The notes beneath the pieces were generated by a model. That model did no database searches. It had not been told where the DNA came from and saw nothing but the letters and a program-made list of their open reading frames with translations. A stretch of 248,000 nt of DNA from Octopus vulgaris. Taxonomy: Eukaryota. The translations under genes and the position numbers were made by a program. The stretch's first letter is position 1. Each line of letters begins with the position of its first letter. This document shows positions 169,601-182,898 of the stretch, in pieces. The DNA lies in the NCBI GenBank assembly GCA_951406725.2, contig OX597825.1:14900001-15148000 (forward strand), written 5' to 3'.

Positions 169601-172388
169601 TCCCAAAATAATTAATATCTGCATGGTACCTGTATATTTTATATCACAGCTCAACTAGAATTCGAAAATGTAGATGCTAGGAAATGTAATAAAACTTTGA
169701 ATAGTTCGAACGACAGTGAAGTTTAGTCTGTAGTTTTTGCCTATGAAAGAAATGGTTCCTATTGTTGTTGTTTTTCTTTTGTTGAATTTTTCCTTCAGTA
169801 ACATCAAACACAGCCACATGCCATTGAGGCATATTATCTCGTTGTCGGAATCAGCGTCAGGTGAGCTCTGGATGTTCCCGCCCGAGATTACAAGACATTC
169901 TAACTGAACATTCCAGCTTTAATGTCAGACAGTGTCAGACAGCGTATCCAGTATTACATTAGGTGATATACCTATCTCTCCAATTAAGACTATACTGTAT
170001 CATTTTATAGAAACCTTGTTGTTATGTACAGTAGGCAGCCACAGTGAGAGCTATGTAGTTTATTTGAGTAATTGCATATCATTTATATAACTGGTGGCTA
170101 GGTCTCCGCACTGAATGTGTATTAGTATTTTGTAAAGAGACTCTAATACTTTTCTAGAAGTTTACAGATATAGATTATCCTAAGTATTCAATCCTACATA
170201 ATTTGAATGGGAGCATATGTGAGTTTATATTTAATGCTGTAATTACTATGTAGAACATCCTTATAATCACCCTCTAAAAAAATTCCCGTAATTCTAAATC
170301 CTTGTATTTCATTTCTTTGCTTTCTAACCTATGCTCTTCTAAATCATTCCTAATTACTTATTTTGTGAATTTTACCTGCAAAATTACTCAGCCATTTACG
170401 CTGGGAATTTCCTATTCAAATGTGATATTTAGCAAGGGCTTACGAATGTGACATCACTCAAAAGCAGTTACTGGACAATGTCTCTGGATTTTCAGATTTG
170501 CTGTGTATCATTTCTATGTGTACTGAACATATCATATTGCTTGCTCATCTACTTCATTATTTCATTGGCACATTCAATCAAATATGACTGCTTATTGAGA
170601 ATAAACCGTTGTGAATTGTTAACGAGCTCTCGATTAAATTCAATTTGTTCCACGAATTTACTTTTATCCGTTTCAGGTGGCTGTAGAAGAATATCGCTCA
170701 CTTGATGTCTCATATCTCTTATTTCCTTTCATTGTGTCTAAGATAAGAAGACATGATTTCCAGTTTGTCAGTGCTTCTTGTAATATCTAACTTAATAGTT
170801 ACATTGACTTTTGTAAATTTATCACCAACCATACACATATATTTCTCCCATCAATTTACATCGTGTTACTGGTTGAAGACAAAATATTCTATTAACTTAT
170901 TTTGCTCATAACAGTTGGTATCTGAATGCATCGTAAACTTCTTGCCAACAAAAGACTGCCTCACCTTTGAACAAACTCTAGCAAAGAAATTCACTTGTCT
171001 TTTTCTCCTTCACTTTTGAAATCTTGCAATTATATGGATGATCATTATGTTACATATTGCTAGATTGTATATTAATTTCTAATTTCAAGCCCAAGCTACA
171101 AAATTTTATTCACAGTATATAAACAAGTAATATTTATGTAGTTGTGGACCTCACTCCCGTATTTACGCTATCGTTTTTGCTTATGGATTTTTTCCTATTG
171201 CTGTCTGTCGGTAACGTTATTAAATAATGGTCGACATGTTGTGAGCAAATGCATACTTATAAACCATTTCTAACTAGAAGTCTATCAGAACCTCTCCACC
171301 TAGACTTTCTAGTTTGGTAGTTTCGTTATTTCTTTCACTATTAACCGTTTGCAACGTAAGTGTAGTCTTATTTATTATCCACGTAACCGCTGCATCCACT
171401 TTACGTGAATGTGTTAGTTCAAATGTTTGCCCAGTATGTTTTGATGTTCTTCCCTGCAGTTCAGTCACTGATATAAATCCTTTTCATTTTCTCTAAGCCT
171501 TCAGTTTTCTGTTTATATTATTTGATCTACAGTGTGTGTATCTATTAAATTCCCCAATATCGTATTGATTATATGTTATATTTATTTTCTTACAATCTGT
171601 AGATCTTCTCAGCTTGAATTATATTTCCTTTGTAATGATTAAGTTTATTTCCCTGCAGGCTTCAACGTACAGAATTTTAAGCCGAACATCGATTGTATCG
171701 ATCTCACAAGTAAAAGAGGGAACACAAAGGAACTGCCCGATCTAAACAATATCAACATGCAGCCCTTTCATTCTTTGTTTCCACTATAGTTCTCTTTATT
171801 TTCACTTTGTATTACACTGAATATGTAATATTTCAGTGAAGAATGATCTCTCTATGATATCACAGATTATAAGTATAATTAATAAAATGCCTGAATATAC
171901 ATTTCAGCACATCATTAAATTTCAAAGCTGGAAAATTTAATCTGCCACGCTTAATTCCATTTAATATGGTAATCATTCTCATTATCTCTAGTAGGTACCT
172001 CTTCTTTTACATAACATACGCTCTCCTTCCTCGTCTTCTTCTTCTTCAACTTCTTCTACTCCTTCTTCTTCTTCTACCCCGTCTTCTTCGTCTACTCCTT
172101 CTTCTTCTTCTTCTTATTATTATTATTATTAGTAGAGACGCATGGCTCAGTGGTTAGAGCCTTGCGCTTACGATGGTGAGGTTGTGAGTTTGATTCCCGG
172201 ACCGGGGTACGTGTTGTGTTCTTGAGCAAGACACTTTATTTCACGCTGCTCCAGTTCACTCAGCTGTAGAAATGAGTTGCAGCGTCACTGGTACCAAGGT
172301 GCATCGGCCCCTTTGCCTAGAAGGGAAATTTTCTAGGTGCAATCCCACGGTCCATATCCTCATTGTCCGCATCATATTCAACATCATC

Positions 172389-172421
<33 letters not shown>

Positions 172422-173625
172422 GTTATCATCGCCATTATCGTCATCAAACTCGTCATTGACATCCTTGTTGTCGTCATTGTTCTTCTCTACTCTAGGCACA
172501 AGGCCCGAAATCAAGGTGGGGGGCCCAGTCGATTAGATCGACCTCCGTAGGCAACTGGTACTTAATTTATCGACCCCGAATGAATGATACTCGTCTGTAT
172601 TATTATTACTCTTACTCTATGAACATTAAAATTTGAGTTGTTTGATGTAGTATTATAAGGAAAGGATTCTACATAAATACATGCAGAAATTATAATATTA
172701 TTATCTTGTTTAACTTATTAACATACGTTGTGATTACGCGTGGAGACGCAATGGCCCAGTGGTTAGGGCAACGGACTCGCGGTCGGAGGATCGCGGTTTC
172801 GATTCCCAGATATTTGCGTGTGTTTATTGAGCGAAAACACCTAAAGCTCCACGAGGCACCGGCAGGGGTGGTGGCGACCCCTGTTGTACTCTTTCACCAC
172901 ACCTTTCTCCCACTCTCTCTTCCTGTTTCTTGAGTAACGCTGCGATGGACTGACGCCCCGTCCAGCTGGGAGGAACACATACGCCACAGAAACCTGGAAA
173001 TCGGGTCCATGAGCCTGGCTAGGTTTGAAAAGGTCGCGAAGAAGAAGTTGTGATTATGTATTTGCCAGTATGCGATCTTTTTCGACCCTGAGTATCTATA
173101 ATTGTAGGGATTTGATACTATTTCAAGACCCTCAATGGTGTTATCTGTATTTCCTGGTTTTTATATTTGTGTAACCTCTTTATTCCTTTAGAGCATATAT
173201 TATCAGGTGTTTGAACACAGTTCCGAGGAGGCAATGAATCTGCCAAACCCAAAATAACAAATGCTTCACAAGCGGCCATAAATATCTTAAAGTTTTTCCA
173301 ATGTGGTCAACGTAAAATTTAGATACAGTTGCAAAAGTAAACATTATCTCGATATTCAGTGATGAAATACAATATATCGTAAAAGAAATAAATACAGACA
173401 ATTTACAGGTAAACAAATACATTTGCTAGGCAGAAATCCAATGAGTGGTGAAAGGGAAATATTTGAAGAAAAATGCAATTGATGGGGAAACGTTACTATG
173501 AAAGGCTACAGATATATCGGCAAAAGAAGTGGAATGCTCAAAGCCAGGGCCTTATAATACATACAGCAATTCTATAAAATAAAGCAGAGAAAGTCAATGT
173601 TTTACTGGAAATATGAGGGTCGTAA

Positions 173626-173860
173626 AGGCGGCGAGCTGGCAGAATCGTTAGTACGCCGGGTGAAATGCGTAGCCGTATTTCGTCTGCCGTTACGGTCTGA
173701 ATTCAAATTCCACCGAGGTCGGTTATGCCTTTCATCCTTTCGGGGTCGATACATTAAGTACCAGTCACGCACTGGGGTCGATGTAATCGACTTAATCTTT
173801 TTGTCAGTTCTTGTTTGTCTCCTCTGTGTTTAGCCCCTTGTGGGTAGTAAAGAAATAGAT
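173626..173860 (+). mobile_element. SINE A with 14-bp target-site duplication
   Basis: ATATGAGGGTCGTA on both flanks. Confidence 0.9.
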
Positions 173861-174849
173861 ATGAGGGTCGTATAAACTATACTGGGAAATATAATCTTGA
173901 CAATAACAGTATACCGCACTCTTTCGGTAAATGCATATTTTTTGAAATAGGGTATTGATTGAAACATGTTTAAAATTCGATGAGGCATCAGACACTGTAT
174001 TATAACTTTGTAAGTATATGTCTTCTCGTTTCCGTCCGACCATTACGCAGATGAAATTGCTACACAATTATTTCAACGCAGCGAAAATAACCACTTATTC
174101 AAAGAGGTACTTAACAAATTCATTCTCTGCAACACAGAAGATTATCAAATAAAATCAACAATCATGGTCACTATTAAAAACATATACACTGTGACAATAT
174201 AAAATGACTTGGAGTTATAAAGAATATATCTGGAACATTCATAATATATGAATAATGCAATTAAACATAAGAATACATCGCGAAAATTAATTAGAAAACA
174301 TTCAATTGTTCCACAGCTTTCTATCAGAAAGAAGCAATAACAATGCCATACATACATTATATTGTATAATTCCTTCAATAAACTTACAACCAGTTGAATG
174401 TCTCTAGTAGTCATACAGCGACCACAACAGACTACAATATAGACGAAACATAGACTAGAAAATAGACGAATAAAGAACTGATTACTCGTCGTCATTTATT
174501 TTACACAGAGCTCATACTTCACAAGACAAATATATTAGAACCATCGAAGAATATATGGTGACCTGATGGATAAAGTTTCACACTGTAGCATGAATCATCT
174601 GTCATATGTGTGTGTGCGTTTGTTTATGTCTGTAGGTGCATGGGTTAGTGGTTAGGGTGTCAGCATCATGATCGTAAGATTGTGGTTTCGATTCCTGGAC
174701 CGGGCGACGCGTTGTGTTCCTGAGGAAAACACTTCCTTTCACGTTGCTCCAGTCCACTCAGCTGGCAAAAATTAGTAACGCTGCGATGGACTGCCGTCTC
174801 GTCCAGCTGCCGAACATATATGTTAGGCATTAAAAGGGCGCATTGTTTG

Positions 174850-174891
<42 letters not shown>

Positions 174892-175128
174892 ATGTATACT
174901 CTCTCTCTTTTACTTGTTTCACTAATTTGACCTCGGCCATGCTGGAACACCGCCTTTAGTCGAACAAATCGACCCCAGGACTTATTCTTTGTAAGCCTAG
175001 TACTTATTCTATCGGTTTCTTTTGCCGAACCGCTAGGTTACGCGGCCGTAAACACACCAGCATCTGTTGTCAAGCGATGTTGGGAGGACAAACACCGACA
175101 CACAAACACCCACACCCATCCCCCCCCC

Positions 175129-175169
<41 letters not shown>

Positions 175170-175292
175170 ATGTCGCACGTTCGGATACCTCTACTACTCT
175201 GTTTCTTTATTAGCCACAAGGGCCCAAACATAAAGGGGAACAAACAAAGAGAGACAGGACACCACAGAGAGGACAATACATAGAACGAATAA

Positions 175293-175450
175293 GGCGGCGA
175301 TCTAGCAGAAACCTTAGCACGCCAGGCGAAATGCGTAGCCGTATTTCGTCTGCCGTTACGTTCTGAGTTCAAATTCCGGCGAGGTCGACTTTGACCTTCA
175401 TCCTTTCATCCTCTCTGTGTTTAGCCCCTTTGAAGGTAGTAAAGAAATAG
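175293..175450 (+). mobile_element. Internally deleted SINE A with 17-bp TSD, inserted in the half-LINE 3' UTR
   Basis: AATACATAGAACGAATA on both sides; deletion between CATCCT microhomologies. Confidence 0.85.
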
Positions 175451-175572
175451 AAATACATAGAACGAATATGATGAGATCATTATATAATAATGGGGTTATG
175501 AATGGCTGCATGCGCCACGTATCACGTCACATGCATCACCATTAATATTTTTAAACTGTCCGTTTTTATCAT

Positions 175573-175948
175573 ATACTAGCAGTATCGCCCGGCGTTGCTC
175601 AGGTTTGTAAGGGAAATAACTATAAAGCATTTTTAGAGAGTTATAGCCAAAAAATAGAAAAAAAATGATGGTAAATTTTTTTTCAGAGTTAAAAAAGGTG
175701 GAGTTGCGTCCCCTAGACGGTCTGTGGTTTGGGTTTCTGATTCTCGACCCCATGTCGAATTTATCGATTTTTTCAGAACTGGGGGAACTTTTCAAAATTT
175801 TCGCCGCGTTAGTTTTGAATTATGACATTGGGCTATGTGTGTGTCAAGTTTCATCAGAATCGGTTGAAAGCCGTGGTCAGGGTGAGGGTACGAGAAAACA
175901 GACACACAGAAAACGCACAGACAAACTGCCGTTTATATAGAGAGAGAT
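175573..175948 (+). mobile_element. Non-autonomous Helitron/Helentron-like (HINE/DINE-1-like) element
   Basis: Starts ATACTAGCAGTATCGCCCGGCGTTGCTC and ends ACAGACAAAC..TATATAGAGAGAT without a TSD; sibling at 242077-242478. Confidence 0.65.
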
Positions 175949-176120
175949 TTAACTAACAATGAATTATCGTCTACCATTACAATTATTTGAAACCTTATAT
176001 GTTCTCTAAAAATGTTCTTCTATTTTCCGATATTATTAAACATAACATAAAACACTTACTCTTTCTTTTTTTCCCTTTTTCTTTTATTTTTTCTTGTCGC
176101 TTTCACATACTTATTTATTT

Positions 176121-177447
176121 TTAGTAATATTTCATTAGTGGTTCGATTTATACTAAATTCACTTCTGGTGGCAATTCTTTGAATTCCACACCCTTATTCC
176201 TGATGGGTCGATATTATCTCCACACATTTCTTGTAGTCTTTTATAACTTTCCTTTTCAATTACTATCGCCTTCATATCCTCTGCATATATGTATGCTGGT
176301 ATCTTTACCCTGCTTCAATATTCTTCGTGTAGGTTACGTAATACCATACACCGTCTCCTTTATTTTGGCTTTTCTGTTCTCTCTTTTCCTCCTCCACTCT
176401 AAACACTCTTTCCAATTCTTCTTCGGCCAGCTGAATTTCCGAATCCTTTTCTACCGGAGCAACTGGTATTTTTAATAGTAGCTCCATTTTCTTTTTACTT
176501 TCGTTCTCGGCCTTTTGTCCTCCTTTCTGCTGACCTCCTTCACGGTTTCTTTTCTCATATCTTCTCTCTTCGTTTTTCTGGCGGAGAACCATTCCCTCCA
176601 CTCCTCCTTCTCTTTTTCTTTTACAATAGTCATATCATCATCAGATTCCTTTGTCTCAACCTGTTCCTACCTGGCCCTCGCTCTCTTGTATTCCCACCTG
176701 CTCTGCTTGTTGCGTTTTTCTGGGTGCATCATGGCTTCGTCTGGCCTTTCTCACCACATCCAAAACATACAGACGGCCTGCCCTCCACCTTCATTCTCAT
176801 TGCAAAGCCGTCAGACAAAACTATCTCCTCGGGCACTCCTATTTAAATCGTCCACTGTGCCTGGATAGTGAGCTCTATCCCATAGCCCCAGTAGTCGAGC
176901 TTGTTGGTTCTAGTGGCCTTTAATATTTTTGCTCCGTCCTTCATATTATACATTATGGCTGTCATGAGCCATGCCTCTTCCAGTTCAGGGGGTACTTGGG
177001 CTACTCGTACTCTGGCCACACGTTTTCCGCAATAAGACGGCAAGAGTACCCACTCCTCCGATCGTATTGCCTCTGTATCATACTTTATTCCCTCTCCTTT
177101 TGACGTGAAGTGCACATCTACGGTGGCATACCTCCTTCCTCTTGTACTAAAACTTGTTAGCTTTTTAATATTTTCCAAAACATTTTCTAACTCCTCCACT
177201 GTCGCATCTCTATTTTCCTTGTAGCAATTCTCATAGTCTTATAGGTAACTGTTCTCTTCATTATGCTGTTTGTCAGCTCTGCGAGTGACGTCAACTTCAA
177301 CGTCTCACCCTGCTTCCCCAGTAGCTTTTCGCATGCTTTCATTTTTTGGGGGTTCGACTTTGATTTCAAAAGGCTCCAACGTTCTTTCTTCTGCTCCCTT
177401 TACAGTTGCGGCCGCATATTGTGGCCGCCCGCTGGCGCCTTATACAT
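176121..177447 (-). pseudogene. Gag-like/ORF1 protein with zinc knuckle (disrupted)
   Basis: N-terminal QYAAATVKG, RRM-like YATVDVHF..RVARVRVAQVPPE, knuckle GRPSVCFGCGEKG, charged linker, C-terminal RVKIPAYIYAEDMKAIVIEKESYKRLQEMCGDNIDP..ELPP..IEPLMKYY*. Confidence 0.75.
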
Positions 177448-177576
177448 TTTTCCTCAATGGGAAAATTTAACACAATAAAATTTTAACAATATTAACAAAC
177501 AACAATAACGTACAATCAATTAACTCTCTACTCAACTTCAAAAATATCACCTGTTACTCCGCTCTACTCTCGACAC

Positions 177577-179045
177577 GTTTCTTTATTTTTCACCCTGGCC
177601 ACTAACACAGAGGGGGACACTAAAAGGACAAACACAACACCACAGTGGGGACAATAAGCATAAAACGAATGAGGCTGAATATTATATAATAATGGAAAAT
177701 GAAATGGCTGCATGGGCCCCACTCCTCATGCAGTATCATTTGAACGTTTGTACACACTATATAACAAACGTGTTATTTTGTGTGTTGTGTTTTTTTCTGA
177801 ATTATCATTTTGTTTCCTCTTTTTCCTTCAAAGCAATTTTTCATTTCCTTTTTCCTTTTAAAAAAAAAACAAAGTAATTTTACTTACTGTTTTTTTCCTT
177901 TTTAATGTCTCATATAAGGCTCCAGTTCTGTGAGTTCAATTACTGGTGGCAGTTCATCGAACTCCAACAATACTCGGGGTGGGTCAATCTTATTTCCGCA
178001 CATATCTACAAGTTTTTTATAAATTTCTTTATCGACCACAATGGCCTTTACATTTTCTGAGTATACGTCTCTGGGTAATTTTACTCTTATGATGTGTTTA
178101 AATTTCACAATTCTTTTTTCCACTTCCTTGTTTTTAGCATAAGTTACAAAATTCCACTTGTTCTTTCCCCGTCTAGGTTTTTTCCTTTCTGCTTTCTCTA
178201 CCTCTCTTGTTATATATGCCTCTATATTACTTTCCTCCTCCGATTCTGAAACCTTCTCCTTCTCTGTCTCTATTGTAAACAGTTTCTCTATCTCACCCTC
178301 ATGTAGTTGTGCTCCTGAACCTTCCACCAAATCAACTGACATCTTCAACCCCGCTTCCTTCTTCTGTAACTCATTCTCGCACACCTTTTCAATTCTTTTT
178401 CCACTTTCTTTCTCCACCATACTTTTGACATCTTCAAGGCGGTGGGCTGTCAGAAACGTTAGCACGCCGGGCGAAATATGTAGCCGTATTTCGTAGCCGT
178501 ATTTCGTAGCCGTATTTCGTAGCCGTATTTCGTTGTGAGTTCAAATTCCGCCGAGGTCGACTTTGCCTGTCATCCTTTCGGGGGTCGATAAATTAAGTAC
178601 CCGTTACGCACCGGGGCCGATGTAATCGACTTACTCTCTTTGACTGTCCTTGTTTTGTCCTCCCTATGTTTAGCCCCTTGTGAGCAATAAAGAAATACAT
178701 ACTTTTGTCATCTTTCCTTTCCACCTCTTCTTTCTTCTTTTTCTCATTAGCCGGTGGCGGGTTCACTCTTCCGTTCCTTCTTCTTTTTCTTTCAACTAGT
178801 GTGAATCCCTCCTCCGCTGTTTTCTCTTCACTCTCCACATGTACTGCCTCTTCCTTATTCTCTTACATCTCCCCCTCCATTTTTTCTGTGGGCACCACGC
178901 CTTCATGTGGCCTTTCTCACCACATCGAAAGCATACAGGCGGCCTGCCCTCCACCATCCTTCTTAGCGCAAAGCTGTCAGGCAACACTATCTCCTCCGCA
179001 ATCCCATTTAAACACATCAACATCGATAAACAAGCGGTTGACGGG
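177577..179045 (-). mobile_element. ORF1-only half-LINE-like element, copy 1 (5'-truncated), interrupted by SINE A (178437-178697)
   Basis: Intact knuckle GRPPVCFRCGEKGHMKAWC; C-terminus RVKLPRDVYSENVKAIVVDKEIYKKLVDMCGNKIDPPRVLLEFDELPP..LEPYMRH*; 3' UTR ends GTCCCCCTCTGTGTTAGTGG..AAAAATAAAGAAAC. SINE TSD CATACTTTTG(A/T)CATCTT. Confidence 0.75.
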
Positions 179046-179085
179046 GAATGAAATACAATCGCACACACATACACACTCACATATG

Positions 179086-179137
<52 letters not shown>

Positions 179138-179505
179138 TACATATATATAATTATATCACGTTGCTCCAGTTCACTCAGCTGTAGAAATGAGTTGCGATGT
179201 CACAGGTGCCAAGCTGTATCGACCTTTGTCTTTCCCTTGGATAACACTGGTGACGTGGAGAGGGGAGGCCGGTATGCATGGGCGACTACTGGTCTTCCAT
179301 AAAACAACCTTGCCCAGACTTGTGCCTCAGAGGGTAACTCTCTAGGTGCAAACCCATGGTCACTCATGACCGAAGGGGGTCTTTACTTTTATATATATAC
179401 ATATATATAATTATATATATATACATATATACTTATATATATATATATATACATATATATAATTATATATATCTATATATATACATATATATAATTATAT
179501 ATATC

Positions 179506-179588
<83 letters not shown>

Positions 179589-180275
179589 CGACGGGATTCT
179601 TTCCGTTTCCGTCTAACAAATCAACTAACAAAGCTTTGGTCGCCTCGAGGATATACCACTAGACACTTGCTGAAATTTCTACTCAGTGGGACTGAGGTCT
179701 TAGCCATGTGCTTCTTACCACACAGCCATTCCTACACCTGATATGTATATATATATATATATATATTGAAGCAATTATTTACAAAGCTTTCTAAACAAAA
179801 CCACAATCGCACACACAAATAAACAACAACACAAACGTACACACATACAGTGAGAAAGTCGGAGATATAAGCAAAAGAACGCAACATTTTAAAACTTCCA
179901 ATAATTATAGAAAACGGTCTAAAGCAAGAAAAACTATATTCTTGGTGAAATTATTAAATCAATGAATGAAAATGAACATCCCAAAATGGAAGACAGAAGA
180001 AAAATATTATTTGCTGCTAAAAGCGTACAGATGGATATATTTTATACATTATTAAAATAGCAATTTCACAAAACAATTGAAAATCTTTTTCAACAAATCT
180101 ATTTCCAAATTTATGAACTAACCTCACCACAGAATACTATCATTTGAAGTTGTGATATATGTGTGTATGTATGAAAGTATGTACACATGTGTACGTATAT
180201 ATATATATCAATCACCATGATAGATCGGTAGCCACTACACACATTTCTATTCTCTCCTTGTTTCTTTCTGTGTTC

Positions 180276-180311
180276 CGTTCTGTGGACGAGCGTAGGCTCG
180301 AAACGTTAATG
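180276..180311 (+). ncRNA. Hammerhead H4 copy (core CUGUGGA)
   Basis: CGUU-CUGUGGA-C-GAGC-GUAG-GCUC-GAA-ACGU-U-AAUG within element 180210-180402. Confidence 0.6.
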
Positions 180312-180398
180312 ACCTTTGCAATTCCCGAGCGTTATACAAATACATCTGTTTGTTTTCTACACCAACTGTCTGCGTCGTTTAATTTTTTCGTGGATTCT

Positions 180399-180460
<62 letters not shown>

Positions 180461-180522
180461 ATATGTATATATATACACAGTTATAGAGGGACACATATAT
180501 ACATACATAGATACACATAGGT

Positions 180523-180572
<50 letters not shown>

Positions 180573-181024
180573 ATCAATATAAGGGTAACCGCTGGTGGCA
180601 GAACATTTTTCTTGAATTTTTCGTTACCCTTATATTGATTGATTAGTGAATTTTTGACTAATTCTGAAATTTGTATCAGCAGCTTATATTTACTGCGGAG
180701 TAGATGGCGCGATTACGGTGAATTCGAAAATTTACGATATATAGACCCGAGGCTTAGATGGTGTAGCCTCGTGTATATATATCTGCCTCCTATTTTGGTG
180801 ACTTTGCTGACGAGACAAGCCAAGCGTAAACGGATTTAATTTAATTTAATTAAATTTGATTGCGTGAAGATGTTGAAACATTGCAGGGTACAAAGTTTGA
180901 AGGGGATGAATGTTTTTTATTTTCCTCTAGTTTCAGAATTACTACTATTTTTTGCGGTTTTGAGTTTAGCTGCTCTTTTCAAGTGAGTCGAACGACCTTC
181001 TCAGGGTCATTCCTTAATATTTTG

Positions 181025-181066
<42 letters not shown>

Positions 181067-181101
181067 GTAAATGTAATATGTGACAATTATTCGGTAGCCA
181101 T

Positions 181102-181162
181102 GATAAAACTCCGCGTTTCGGATGCTGAGGTGGAAATCCACGCCACCGTCTCTTCAGTTATC
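181102..181162 (-). ncRNA. Hammerhead-like motif H6
   Basis: GAUAA-CUGAAGA-[helix II]-GAAAC-GCGGA-GUU-UUAUC; helix I GAUAA/UUAUC. Confidence 0.55.
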
Positions 181163-181304
181163 CGGCCATCGGAAAAACGCTATGAAAAATGACCGTTATA
181201 CAAAGGGAAATTACTGTGCGAATCACCGTTATTAAGAAAAAGAGCTATTCGAATGACCGCTAAGTGAGAGAGTAAAGTGAGGGGGTAAAAAGTTCATAGT
181301 ATTC

Positions 181305-182330
181305 GAAAGGATGAAAGGCAAAGTCGACCTCGGCAGAATTTGGACTCGGAACGTAGCGACAAACGAAATACCTATTTCTTTATTACCCACAAGGGGCTAA
181401 ACATAGAGTGGACAAACAAGGACAGGCGTAGGCATTAATTCGATTACATCGACCACAGTACGTAACTGGTACTAATTTATCGACCCCCGAAAGGATAAAA
181501 GGCAAAGTCGACCTCCGCGCAATTTGAACTCAGACCGTAACGACAGACGAAACACCTATTTCATTATTAACCATAAGGGGCTAAACACAGAGGGGACAAA
181601 CAAGGACAGACATAGGTATTAAGTCGATTACATCGAGCCCAGGGCGTAACTGGTACTTAATTTATCGACCCCGAAAGGATGAAAGGCAAAGTCGACCTCG
181701 GCGGAATTTGAACTCACAACGTAACGACGGACAAAATACTTATTTCTTTATTACCCACAAGGGGCTAAACATAGAGGGGACAAACATGGACAGACATAGG
181801 TATTAAGTCGATTATATTGACCCCAGTGCGTAACTGGTACTTAATTTATCGACCCCGAAAGGATGAAAGGCAAAGTCGACCTCGGCGGAATTTGAACTCA
181901 CAACGTAACGACGGACGAAATACCTATTTCTTTATTACCCAAAAGGGGCTAAACATAGAGGGGACAAACATGGACAGACATAGGTATTAAGTCCATTATA
182001 TCGACCCCAGTGCGTAACTGGTACTTAATTTATCGACCCCGAAAGGATGAAAGGCAAAGTCGACCTCGGCGGAATTTGAACTCAGAACGTAGTAGCAGAC
182101 GAAATACCTATTTCTTTACTACCCAGAAGGGGCTAAACACAGAGAGGACAGACACACGGATTAAATCGAATATACGACCCCAGTGCGTAACTGGCACTTA
182201 TTTAATCGACCCCGAAAAGATGAAAGGCAAAGTCGACCTCGGCGGAGTTTGAACTCACAACTTAACGACAGACGAAATACCGCTAAGCATTTTTCCTGCC
182301 GCGCTAACGTTTCTACCAGCTCGCCGCCTT
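181305..182330 (-). mobile_element. SINE A tandem array: five about 184-bp units plus a partial sixth
   Basis: Junction text AAATACCTATTTCTTT at about 181366, 181551, 181735, 181918 and 182102; only the 5'-most unit has the full tRNA head. Confidence 0.9.
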
Positions 182331-182807
182331 CTGTGAGCATATGGTGTCTGCGCAAATATTTGCCCCCAGCAAACTAATAGAACATTGTGTCACGCGTTCA
182401 CGCATGCGATGAATAAATTTAATTTATACATCAATGTTTCAATTTTGTCTTCGTGTATTGTTTTGCAACAGTAGTTACTTAAATTACGCTTTATTTTTTA
182501 CGAGCATTTCTACAGAAAGTGAAAATTATTAGCAGCAAACAATGATAAAATTGCTTTACAATGTGATGATAATTGACACGAACCGAAATGTTATCATGGC
182601 TGTTTCTCAGATAACAATATTTAATATCTATGGACATTTATTAAAGTAAACATCTGCCGTATCCTATACATAATTCATTGAAACCAATTCATTTCCCAGA
182701 CGACACTTCGATAGACAAGTAAAAGCGTCATAAAATTACTTTCCTATGATGATATACACATACACACACACACGTATATATACTTTTTATAAATATATGT
182801 GTGCGTG

Positions 182808-182898
<91 letters not shown>

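Larger units (their letters stand above)
175201..177576 (-). mobile_element. ORF1-only half-LINE-like element, copy 2 (about 1.8 kb without insertions)
   Basis: Short 5' UTR, one decayed ORF, then a 3' UTR ending CCCTTGTGGCTAATAAAGAAAC. No ORF2 lies between the stop codon and the tail. Confidence 0.7.

Noticed and set aside
180800-180845. CUGACGA-GAC..GCGUAAAC as a hammerhead
   Set aside because: Needs two or more corrections and has no helix I partner.
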